A stretch of 41,514 nt of DNA from an archaeon (GTDB lineage: Archaea > Nanobdellota > Nanobdellia > SCGC-AAA011-G17 > GW2011-AR20), in NCBI GenBank assembly GCA_002687185.1, contig NYZO01000090.1:1-41514 (forward strand), given 5' to 3'. The notes under the pieces were generated by a model that was given only the letters and a program-made list of their open reading frames with translations, was not told where the DNA came from and did no database searches. The first letter of the stretch is position 1, and the number at the start of each line of letters is the position of its first letter. The position numbers were made by a program, and so were the translations under genes. Of this stretch, positions 18,695-25,498 are shown piece by piece.

Positions 18695-20663
18695 TCAAAC
18701 CAACCTCGACGCCGATAATACTAGGATCCTGAATAGATGGCGCTGGTAGCGTTGTTGTTGTAGTGGTGGTGGTTGTAGTCGTAGTAGTAGAAGTTGTGGT
18801 AGTTGTGCCGCCAGGTAACGTAGTAGTTGTGGTCCCCCCACCGCCTGTTGCACAAGCGCTACCATCAGCTGTGCAGATATTGTCTGGACAACAAGTGAGT
18901 TCAATACAACGGCAAGTTCCGGCGGCGCAAGTGCCCCCTAGAGCATCAAATATTGTTCCTTCGCCGGCGTTTGGCAAACAAGAAGTGAACGATTCCATGC
19001 AGAACATGTCCGAAGGAGTGACTTGGCAGGTCGATAAATAAGTAGGATCAAGATCAGTACAATACTCCTGACAAGATACCCCTGGAGGTATTCCTGGAGG
19101 TGGTGGAGTACATTCATTACCATCACAAGGGCCGAAATTACAACAACTGACCATGCCACAATAACAACTTTCGCCCAAGATTGGACAACTACCACCGCCG
19201 AACTGGTAATGAATCTCGCCTGAGCCAGAACACTCTAGCGGTATTGAATCTGAACAAATACTGGCAGGCAAACTCGAACCGCATATGGATTCAGTCGTGC
19301 CGAAGATGTCATTACACGAAGTAGCGCAATCATCAATTTCAGGGATAGTTGTTGTGGTCGTGGTTGTTGTAGTTGTAGTGGTGGTAGTTGTAGTCGTTGT
19401 AGTAGTAGTTGTAGTTGTGGTTGGAGGAGTAGTGTCACAAGAAACGCCGTCAGCTGTACAAAGATTTTCTGTACAACAAGATATGTCAATACAATAACAA
19501 GATTCGCCAGGGTTGCAGGTGCCGCCGCTGCCTGAAATGATTAAACCTTCACCGGCGTTAGGTAAACAAGAAGTGAACGATTCTATGCAAAAATCAGTTA
19601 CTGGTGTGGTTGAGCATGACGGAAGGTAATTAGGATCAAGGCCTGTACAATATTGTGAGCAAGTAGGTACTATAGGCGGCGGTATAGGAACAGAACAATC
19701 AATTCCGTTTGGATCACACTGATTGGTATCACAACAAGTTACAGTGCCACAATAACATGATTCTCCAGGGTCGCATGTGCCGCCGCCGGGTTGGTAGCGT
19801 ATCTCACCAGTGCTGGTAGCAGGGCACTCAGAAGGTATTGATTCAGAACAAATATCGCCAGGCTGGCTTAATTCACACCTTGGTTGTGTTGAGCCGAATA
19901 CGTCGCTGCAGACCGTAGCACAATCATCAGCAGGGATCGTAGTCGTAGTAGTCGTTGTAGTAGTAGTAGTAGTGGTTGTAGTAGTAGTGGTGGTAGTCGT
20001 AGTAGTGGGAGTCGAGCCGCATGCAGTACCGTCAACAGAACAAAGATTTTCTGAGCAACAACCTAAATTTACACACAAACAAAACTCGCCAGGGTCACAA
20101 AGATCAGCACCCCCTGGCACATAATTTAGGACGCCTGCATTTGGACTGCACAAATCAGTGAAGCAACTGTCCGGACGGGTTGCATCATCCCAACAGCCAC
20201 CGCCGAAATAGGTATTTGCAACGCAATCAGCTTGGCAGGTTGGTGAAGGCACGGTTGTAGTGGTGGTAGTCGTTGTAGTAGTTGTGGTAGTTGTTGTGGT
20301 TGTAGTCGTTGTAGTAGTAGGAGGAATAGTCGTTGTTGTGGTTGGTTCTATAGTGGTTGTTGTCGTTGGAGGGATAGTCGTAGTAGTGGTGGTCGTAGTT
20401 GTAGTAGTCGTGGTAGTGGTCGTAGTAGTTGTGGTGGGGGGAGGACAAGAATCACATTGAGGATCGCAACACTCGCCGTCGCTAGGACAACTCACCTTAT
20501 TTCCATAATCGCTTGGACAGACCGCGTCAACATCACCGCAAGTATAAGTTATAGTAGAACAAAAAGTAATATACGGACACGCTGCGTTAACTGTTTCTAG
20601 ACCAATAGAAAGAAAGAATACTAAAGAAATAATAATTATAATATATTTTACCCTGTTCATCAA
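18687..20663 (-). CDS. secreted mosaic Cys-module/poly-Thr surface protein (putative adhesin)
   Basis: Sec-type signal peptide (cleavage near VNA|A). N-terminal 9-Cys domain (aa 28-76). Five 12-Cys modules (aa 143-219, 248-334, 335-414, 446-530, 531-610) separated by poly-Thr tracts. No C-terminal TM anchor. Confidence 0.8.
   Translation of the reverse strand: MMNRVKYIIIIISLVFFLSIGLETVNAACPYITFCSTITYTCGDVDAVCPSDYGNKVSCPSDGECCDPQCDSCPPPTTTTTTTTTTTTTTTTTTTTIPPTTTTTIEPTTTTTIPPTTTTTTTTTTTTTTTTTTTTTTVPSPTCQADCVANTYFGGGCWDDATRPDSCFTDLCSPNAGVLNYVPGGADLCDPGEFCLCVNLGCCSENLCSVDGTACGSTPTTTTTTTTTTTTTTTTTTTTTTTIPADDCATVCSDVFGSTQPRCELSQPGDICSESIPSECPATSTGEIRYQPGGGTCDPGESCYCGTVTCCDTNQCDPNGIDCSVPIPPPIVPTCSQYCTGLDPNYLPSCSTTPVTDFCIESFTSCLPNAGEGLIISGSGGTCNPGESCYCIDISCCTENLCTADGVSCDTTPPTTTTTTTTTTTTTTTTTTTTTTTTTIPEIDDCATSCNDIFGTTESICGSSLPASICSDSIPLECSGSGEIHYQFGGGSCPILGESCYCGMVSCCNFGPCDGNECTPPPPGIPPGVSCQEYCTDLDPTYLSTCQVTPSDMFCMESFTSCLPNAGEGTIFDALGGTCAAGTCRCIELTCCPDNICTADGSACATGGGGTTTTTLPGGTTTTTSTTTTTTTTTTTTTLPAPSIQDPSIIGVEVGLNE
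18750..18833 (-). repeat. C-terminal Thr-rich tract (T5-LPGG-T5-S-T13)
   Basis: Read from the ORF translation, aa 611-638. Confidence 0.85.
18834..19922 (-). repeat. tandem duplication of a two-module unit (period ~590 nt) inside the 658-aa gene
   Basis: Modules 2+3 (19422-19922) and modules 4+5 (18834-19328) are collinear: CATVCSDVFG.../CSQYCTGLDPNY... versus CATSCNDIFG.../CQEYCTDLDPTY.... An identical 20-mer, AAACAAGAAGTGAACGATTC, occurs at 18976-18995 and 19564-19583. Confidence 0.8.
19347..19421 (-). repeat. poly-Thr coding tract (25 consecutive Thr codons)
   Basis: Codon-by-codon reading places it between CDTTPP and IPEIDD. ACN codons are mixed. Confidence 0.9.
19938..20006 (-). repeat. 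poly-Thr coding tract (23 consecutive Thr codons)
   Basis: Codon-by-codon reading places it between CGSTP and IPADD. ACC, ACT, ACA and ACG codons are mixed. Confidence 0.9.
20253..20435 (-). repeat. Thr/Pro-rich spacer coding tract (61 codons: ~T20-IPP-T5-IEP-T5-IPP-~T22)
   Basis: Run of mixed ACN codons read codon by codon on the minus strand. It produces a poly-Val pseudo-ORF on the plus strand. Confidence 0.9.
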
Positions 20664-20701
20664 CTGCGCCCTCTTTTTGTCTATAAGAACGTGCAGTCTG
20701 A

Positions 20702-20718
20702 GAATTTATATAAAGCTT
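20702..20718 (-). promoter_or_regulatory. internal BRE/TATA promoter of the 658-aa gene
   Basis: The minus strand reads AAAGCTTTATATAAATT ~44 nt upstream of the ATG at 20663. A GAGGG Shine-Dalgarno-like element lies ~10 nt upstream of the ATG. Confidence 0.5.
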
Positions 20719-20744
20719 TTGCTCATTTTTCCTTGATACAGAAT

Positions 20745-21215
20745 TTATCCTTGCTGAACACTGACGCCAGATTGAATCCTGCGTGACACAACAACAATGC
20801 GCGAATCAGTGGTTGCGACTGAGTTGTCGAGGTTCATCTTGAGTGAATATTGTTTAGTATACAACCCTTCTACAAGCTGTCTTTTCATACAATCTATCCT
20901 AGTGAGTTCCTCTCCATCACAGGTTATTGTTAGTGTGCCGAATTCGTCATCGTAAACACGCATCTGCTCAATCACCGTTAAATCAGTGTCAAGATCGCTA
21001 AACTGAGAGTCAGTAATGAAAGGATAATAACCCTCATCTTGTTTAAGCTCTTCAATCCTTACGTTTGAAAGTACATCCAAAGTATCAGTTGCTAAATATT
21101 GTAATTGAGTTAGAGGAGGTGAATTAATATAAAATAAATGGACCAATAAAACCACTAACGTAAACAATACTAAAGCTAGAATCGCGTCCAGTGTGAAAAA
21201 ATAGCCGCGTTTCAT
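20745..21215 (-). CDS. pilin-like protein (minor pilin candidate)
   Basis: Class III-like N-terminus MKRG|YFFTLDAILALVLFTLVVLLV. 156 aa. Confidence 0.6.
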   Translation of the reverse strand: MKRGYFFTLDAILALVLFTLVVLLVHLFYINSPPLTQLQYLATDTLDVLSNVRIEELKQDEGYYPFITDSQFSDLDTDLTVIEQMRVYDDEFGTLTITCDGEELTRIDCMKRQLVEGLYTKQYSLKMNLDNSVATTDSRIVVVSRRIQSGVSVQQG

Positions 21216-21216
21216 A

Positions 21217-21819
21217 TTATTCGGTCCAGACCAACACAGTCATCCTCAATATTCTATCATACGTGTCATCAACAAACACTAAACGGTTGAACTCAATTAT
21301 TTGTTTGATCTCTTTGTTTTGGACGCGTGTTTCAATCTCGTCTCTAACCTCTGTGACCGTGGTCCAACCGCCATCATCGTTGTCGACATGTAATTTTCCA
21401 GCGCCTGTGTGTCCTGGTGCCGGATAAATAATCGATCTATCATTAAGATAAACATAAAAATGTTTGTTAGTGCCAAGTCGAAGCTGGGCTTTTGCGTAAT
21501 TCTGATCAGTTAACGTGCCGTCGCCTAACTTACGTAACTTATCCAGATTAAAACGTTTATTACCGTCTGTTAAGCCGAGTTGTTTTACCGATGGATCGTC
21601 CCACCACTCACTATGGGTATTCCAATCCGTTGGCTCTCCAACAGCGATCAAATTTTGACTGATCTCTTGAGCTTCAATTAGTAACCCTTCAGTTAAGTTC
21701 TTAGTTTGTGTCATGCCAATCACTGTTTTTACGAAAATGAGCGAAATAATACTAATTATTATGATCGCCATGATAAAGTCCATGTACCAAAATTGACCAC
21801 GCTTTTTAATCGGTTTCAT
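21217..21819 (-). CDS. pilin-like protein (minor pilin candidate)
   Basis: Class III-like N-terminus MKPIKKRG|QFWYMDFIMAIIIISIISLIF. 200 aa. It overlaps the upstream gene by 4 nt. Confidence 0.6.
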   Translation of the reverse strand: MKPIKKRGQFWYMDFIMAIIIISIISLIFVKTVIGMTQTKNLTEGLLIEAQEISQNLIAVGEPTDWNTHSEWWDDPSVKQLGLTDGNKRFNLDKLRKLGDGTLTDQNYAKAQLRLGTNKHFYVYLNDRSIIYPAPGHTGAGKLHVDNDDGGWTTVTEVRDEIETRVQNKEIKQIIEFNRLVFVDDTYDRILRMTVLVWTE

Positions 21820-22250
21820 AGTGATGATTGTACACTCACAGTTATATCTCCGTTTATGTCTTTATTAATTTTGATGAAACGGTTTTGTGGAGTTATGTCG
21901 ATATCCAATGGAGTGTTAGATATTTCTATAGGCAAAAGCTTTGCAGAGGTGGACGGTTGACCTAAAATATTGGTCTGTACAGCGATCTCACGAGCGCCAA
22001 ATTGCAAAGAATACTCTTCTCCTGCAATGTCTGGGGGTAAGCTAAAAACACGCTCGTATTCAGGCCTTACACGGCCGGCTAACGATAACTCAGTTTTTAC
22101 TTTTAAAGCAATGTCTTCAGCACTGAACGTTTTACGTGCGCTGACAACATCGCGCGTATAAATAAATTCGATAGTGATAAAACCGATCAATAATATCATG
22201 GCAAGAGAAACCAGTAAAATTAATTCAATGGAAACCTGGCCGCGTCTCAT
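21816..22250 (-). CDS. pilin-like protein (minor pilin candidate)
   Basis: Class III signal peptide MRRG|QVSIELILLVSLAMILLIGF with the QxSxE pattern and Glu at +5. 144 aa. First gene of the locus. Confidence 0.7.
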   Translation of the reverse strand: MRRGQVSIELILLVSLAMILLIGFITIEFIYTRDVVSARKTFSAEDIALKVKTELSLAGRVRPEYERVFSLPPDIAGEEYSLQFGAREIAVQTNILGQPSTSAKLLPIEISNTPLDIDITPQNRFIKINKDINGDITVSVQSSL

Positions 22251-22273
22251 AATGACAATAAATAGGCCGCTTG

Positions 22274-22287
22274 TTCTTAAAAGCTTT
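22274..22287 (-). promoter_or_regulatory. BRE/TATA promoter of the pilus locus
   Basis: The minus strand reads AAAGCTTTTAAGAA, centred ~28 nt upstream of the ATG at 22250. Confidence 0.45.
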
Positions 22288-22346
22288 GTTCATTACTTTA
22301 TTGTAGCAAAGAAATATTTATTAACAGTTGATTGTTTTCCTAGACT

Positions 22347-23042
22347 ATGGCGAAAAAATCACTCCTGTTTGACACAAGCACAGTCATAAGTTTAGTTACC
22401 AATAATATGCTTTGGGTGTTGCCAGAACTTAAAAAAAAGTTTGATGGACGGTTTTTAGTTGCGCCTGCAGTATACCAAGAGATGATTAAAGTGCCGATGA
22501 ACTCAAGAAAATATAAATTTGAAGCTATGGTAGTTTGTGAATATATCCATCATGGACATATCAAAGTTTGTGATAACATTAAATTAGAACCTAAAACTGA
22601 TGCTATGATGAGTCTTACAAATTCTATCTACAAGATCAAAGAACGAAACCTTAACCTGTTCCATAGAGGGGAGATGGATACAGTTGTGCTTGCAATGGCC
22701 TTAGGCAATAGCGCGATTGCAACAGACGAGAGGTCAACTAGGATGCTTATAGAAGATCCTAAACGGCTTGCTAAAATACTGTCAATGAAACTGCATGCTA
22801 AAGTTAAAATACAAAAAGATAAACTCAAACAGTTCAGAGAAAAGGTTGGGAAAATGCAAGTACTACGCTCAACTGAGATTGGGATGCTTGCAATTGAACA
22901 CGGGTTGCTTGATGAGTTCTATGCACATCACACTAAACAAGACGTAGTTGATGCGGTTTTGTGGGGGCTTAAAACTCGCGGCTGTGCGATAAGTGGTGAA
23001 GAAATAGATGGGTATATTCAGCTGGCGTCGAAAAAAACTTAA
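22347..23042 (+). CDS. PIN-like domain protein with a C-terminal extension
   Basis: Acidic residues are spaced as in PIN domains: LLFDTS (Asp near the N-terminus), YQEM, GEMDTVVLAMAL and IATDERS. Weak call, by eye only. Confidence 0.4.
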   Translation: MAKKSLLFDTSTVISLVTNNMLWVLPELKKKFDGRFLVAPAVYQEMIKVPMNSRKYKFEAMVVCEYIHHGHIKVCDNIKLEPKTDAMMSLTNSIYKIKERNLNLFHRGEMDTVVLAMALGNSAIATDERSTRMLIEDPKRLAKILSMKLHAKVKIQKDKLKQFREKVGKMQVLRSTEIGMLAIEHGLLDEFYAHHTKQDVVDAVLWGLKTRGCAISGEEIDGYIQLASKKT

Positions 23043-23066
23043 ATGTCTAAGAGTCTTGAGGCTGGA

Positions 23067-23753
23067 TCATACACTTCTTCTTAACACTTCTAGCTTATAT
23101 TCAAAATTTCTTTTTTGATTTTCTTGTAGTAGGTATTCTCTATGTACTAACCGTTCAGGCAGATCCATCCTATTATAATAGACTAATTCATTGCTAGCTT
23201 CAGGATCAAGAGTGTCGATTGCTTGTTTCCAAGAAGATAAGATTTTTGTTGCTTGTGGACACGTCATCTTACAAGGAGTGAAACTTGGAGGCCGATAATC
23301 AAATATTTCAGGATAAGATCCATAAGTTCTAATTTGAGCGTCTAATTCCCGACCGAAAGTGTAACATAATTTGATCTGACCATTTTGTATAGCTAGAACT
23401 TGTTCAGGAGTTATATCTTTGGCGTATTCTTCAGTACAACACTTAGGATAACCTAGCAGCCAACCCTCAATCTTATCGAAATCGTTTGAATTAGCGTTAT
23501 CAGGGAGAGCCAAAAATCTTCTGTGCTGTTCCTGTAAATCTTTTTGTCTTGCGACTACGACCATAGGATCTAAAAGATATTTACCTGTCTCTAATTCATG
23601 TCCCAACCCAGTTTTTTCGAGAATGTCCATAAAAGAAGTCCAATTCCCGCGAATAACCGTGCCCCTTTTCAACCCTTCTATAACCAAAAGGAGCTGGGCC
23701 CTGCAGACTCCATCTAATGACTTCCAATCTTCACTTTGATATAAATTACTCAT
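23067..23753 (-). CDS. hypothetical protein with Cys motifs (GYPKCCTEEY ... FTPCKMTCP)
   Basis: 228-aa ORF. A GGTTTAAATACC TATA element lies ~26 nt upstream. Family not recognised with confidence. Confidence 0.45.
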   Translation of the reverse strand: MSNLYQSEDWKSLDGVCRAQLLLVIEGLKRGTVIRGNWTSFMDILEKTGLGHELETGKYLLDPMVVVARQKDLQEQHRRFLALPDNANSNDFDKIEGWLLGYPKCCTEEYAKDITPEQVLAIQNGQIKLCYTFGRELDAQIRTYGSYPEIFDYRPPSFTPCKMTCPQATKILSSWKQAIDTLDPEASNELVYYNRMDLPERLVHREYLLQENQKRNFEYKLEVLRRSV

Positions 23754-23772
23754 GAAAATAACATATATTAGA

Positions 23773-23784
23773 GGTATTTAAACC
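23773..23784 (-). promoter_or_regulatory. TATA box
   Basis: The minus strand reads GGTTTAAATACC, centred ~26 nt upstream of the ATG at 23753. The same 12-mer occurs in the promoter at 4814-4829. Confidence 0.4.
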
Positions 23785-23838
23785 TACTTATTGCGACTAC
23801 TTGAGAGAGACTAAGAGATGAGATTTTTATAAGGAAGA

Positions 23839-25038
23839 TTATTTACTCGTTAGAATTTCGACAATATCACCATGCTTTAGAGGATGAGTCTTTCCCACAG
23901 TTCGTTTTGATTTTACGTCCATAGCTTTGATGAATTTCTCACCCAAATCAGAGTGGATAGTATACGCAAAGTCTAATGCAGTGGAACCTTTAGGAAGTAA
24001 AAAACAATCCGGTAAAACATTGCCTTTGGAATCTTCTAGTTTACTCATGCCGCCTGGAAAAATTGCCATATATTCTAAAAATTCAAAGACAGATTTGTTT
24101 AACGCTTCTTGGACGCCAGTTGACTTGTATTTATCAAGATACTTAGTAATATTATCTAACGCTTTATCTTGTTCGGGATTCAATGCGTCCGAGTTAGTGA
24201 TGGAAAACTTATCGTCGCCGGGTACGTAATCAATGATCTCTTTTTTTGCTGCTAACTTCAATGCTAATTCACTTTCTGCGCTACATGGGATGATTAATTT
24301 ATTTGGATAAGTCTTTTGTAATAGTTTAAGATTCTTCTCACTTGTTAGTTGGTCCATTTTGTTAGCAACAATAATCATCGGTTTTGAAAGTTGACGCAAA
24401 GTTTTGCAAAACGATTTTAATTCCTCTTCTTTCCATGAACGTACGTCTTCTGTATTAACCTTTGATTCCTTTAACGCTTGTTGGACTTGGTCTTCAGTTA
24501 TTTTTAGACCAGAAAATTGTTTGAAAATAGCCTTTCGAACGTCATCTTTTTCTGCTGCAATGCGCTTTGACAGATCACCCCATACTTTCTGGAAAATATC
24601 ATAAAACCATAGATCAAGCTCTTCTTCTAAAAATTCAATATCTTTAGTTACATCGTGGCTACCATCTTCTACTTGTTCGCCTTTCTCGTTAGTTGAGCCT
24701 GATACATCGATAATATGCAGTAATACGTCAGCTGAAGCTAAGTCCGATAAAAACTGATTGCCCAAACCTTTACCCTCGTGTGCGCCAGGGACTAAGCCGG
24801 CAACGTCTAATAATTCAATAGGTACAAAACGCTCGCCGTCCAAACAATAACCTTCACGAGGATTACATTTTTTGTTGTATATATTCTCTGCAGGACACTT
24901 TACTCTAACGTAACCCATAGCGTGGTTTGGCTTAATAGTTGTGAACGGGTGAGACGCAATATCAACCTCTGCGAGCGTTGCAGCCTTGAAAAAAGCGCTC
25001 TTGCCAACAGACGGTTTGCCAGTTATTCCGATTAACAT
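23839..25038 (-). CDS. OBG-class GTPase of the YchF/OLA1-DRG type with a TGS-like C-terminus
   Basis: G1 GKPSVGKS, G2 HPFTTI, G3 DVAGLV, G4 NKMD, and a C-terminal HGDIVEIL (TGS-like). Confidence 0.75.
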   Translation of the reverse strand: MLIGITGKPSVGKSAFFKAATLAEVDIASHPFTTIKPNHAMGYVRVKCPAENIYNKKCNPREGYCLDGERFVPIELLDVAGLVPGAHEGKGLGNQFLSDLASADVLLHIIDVSGSTNEKGEQVEDGSHDVTKDIEFLEEELDLWFYDIFQKVWGDLSKRIAAEKDDVRKAIFKQFSGLKITEDQVQQALKESKVNTEDVRSWKEEELKSFCKTLRQLSKPMIIVANKMDQLTSEKNLKLLQKTYPNKLIIPCSAESELALKLAAKKEIIDYVPGDDKFSITNSDALNPEQDKALDNITKYLDKYKSTGVQEALNKSVFEFLEYMAIFPGGMSKLEDSKGNVLPDCFLLPKGSTALDFAYTIHSDLGEKFIKAMDVKSKRTVGKTHPLKHGDIVEILTSK

Positions 25039-25054
25039 GTATGATTCTTAAAAG

Positions 25055-25070
25055 AAAAAGGTTTATAAAA
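25055..25070 (+). promoter_or_regulatory. BRE/TATA upstream of tRNA-Ile (possibly shared with the divergent GTPase gene)
   Basis: AAAAAGGTTTATAAAA, centred ~31 nt upstream of the tRNA 5' end at 25097 and ~28 nt from the GTPase ATG on the other strand. Confidence 0.4.
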
Positions 25071-25096
25071 TGTTTTTGTTCGTATAATATTAGTAT

Positions 25097-25239
25097 GGGC
25101 CCGTAGCTCAGCCTGGTTTAGAGCACTGAGGTTTTGTTTTACGACTAAATCGTGTAGGTCTTATATGACGGTCGTCGCTGCAAGCGGCGGGCATGTCTAA
25201 GCCAGCCAGAGGTCAGGGGTTCAAATCCCTTTGGGCCCA
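25097..25239 (+). tRNA. tRNA-Ile(UAU) with two introns (exons 25097-25128, 25158-25165, 25204-25239)
   Basis: Hand-folded. Acceptor GGGCCCG/TGGGCCC, D arm GCTC/GAGC, T arm AGGGG-TTCAAAT-CCCTT, discriminator A. Removing 25129-25157 (29 nt, position 29/30) and 25166-25203 (38 nt, position 37/38) gives a 76-nt tRNA. Its anticodon arm is CTGGT-CTTATAA-GCCAG. Both introns sit in helix-bulge-helix-bulge-helix motifs. Confidence 0.75.
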
Positions 25240-25248
25240 AACTAAAAT

Positions 25249-25323
25249 GCCCCTGTGGTGTAGTCCGGTCAATCATTCGGCCCTTTCGAGGCTGGGACCC
25301 GGGTTCGAATCCCGGCGGGGGCA
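25249..25323 (+). tRNA. tRNA-Glu(UUC)
   Basis: 75 nt. Acceptor GCCCCTG/CGGGGGC, anticodon arm CGGCC-CTTTCGA-GGCTG, T arm CCGGG-TTCGAAT-CCCGG. The GTGGTGTAGTCCGG...AATCAT D region is typical of archaeal tRNA-Glu. Confidence 0.9.
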
Positions 25324-25498
25324 GATTTTTAAGAAATTATAGATGAAGTATCTGAAAAGAGAACCAAAAGACTAAATTAGAATTATTAGAATGTCATGGC
25401 AAAAAACAATACCTCACTATGAAAAAAGTTACACTATCAGTACAGATCGCTTCCCGGTTGATTTTTCGAGCTTCCCTTTTCGTCACTATCAATGAAGA

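Noticed and set aside
18695-20448. Minus-strand alternative-frame ORFs inside the 658-aa gene (18695-18904, 18938-19195, 19235-19489, 20227-20448), with Leu/Gln/Pro- or His/Tyr/Asn-rich low-complexity products
   Set aside because: They are out-of-frame readings of the same repeats. The frame that gives a signal peptide plus conserved Cys modules is clearly the coding one.
18763-20460. Plus-strand ORFs 18763-19041, 19285-19497, 19810-20124 and 20260-20460 (and 12093-12308), which encode long poly-Val runs
   Set aside because: They are the antisense reading (GTN) of the ACN poly-Thr tracts in the minus-strand genes. They have no independent start context or promoter and are artefacts of the repeat.
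18687-20663. A diversity-generating retroelement or CRISPR-like origin for the repeats in the Cys/Thr-rich gene
   Set aside because: The window contains no reverse transcriptase and no template/variable repeat pair with adenine-specific mismatches. The repeats are in-frame protein modules rather than a repeat-spacer architecture.
25141-25165. Similarity between tRNA-Ile intron 1 and the R1/R2 core (AAATCGTGTAGGTCTTA versus AAACCGTGTACTTACCG)
   Set aside because: Only about a 10-mer with one mismatch plus CTTA matches. Several such matches are expected by chance in 83 kb of two-strand sequence.
25097-25239. A single-intron model of the first tRNA, as tRNA-Lys(UUU) (loop GTTTTGT after CTGAG) or tRNA-Arg(UCU) (TCTAA-GCCAG)
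   Set aside because: With one intron, no 3' half complementary to CTGAG exists. The best candidate, CTAAG, has a G-A mismatch and would leave a 13-nt variable region. The Arg model leaves an unexplained extra CCAG. Only the two-intron Ile(UAU) model gives a 76-nt cloverleaf with BHB motifs at both junctions.
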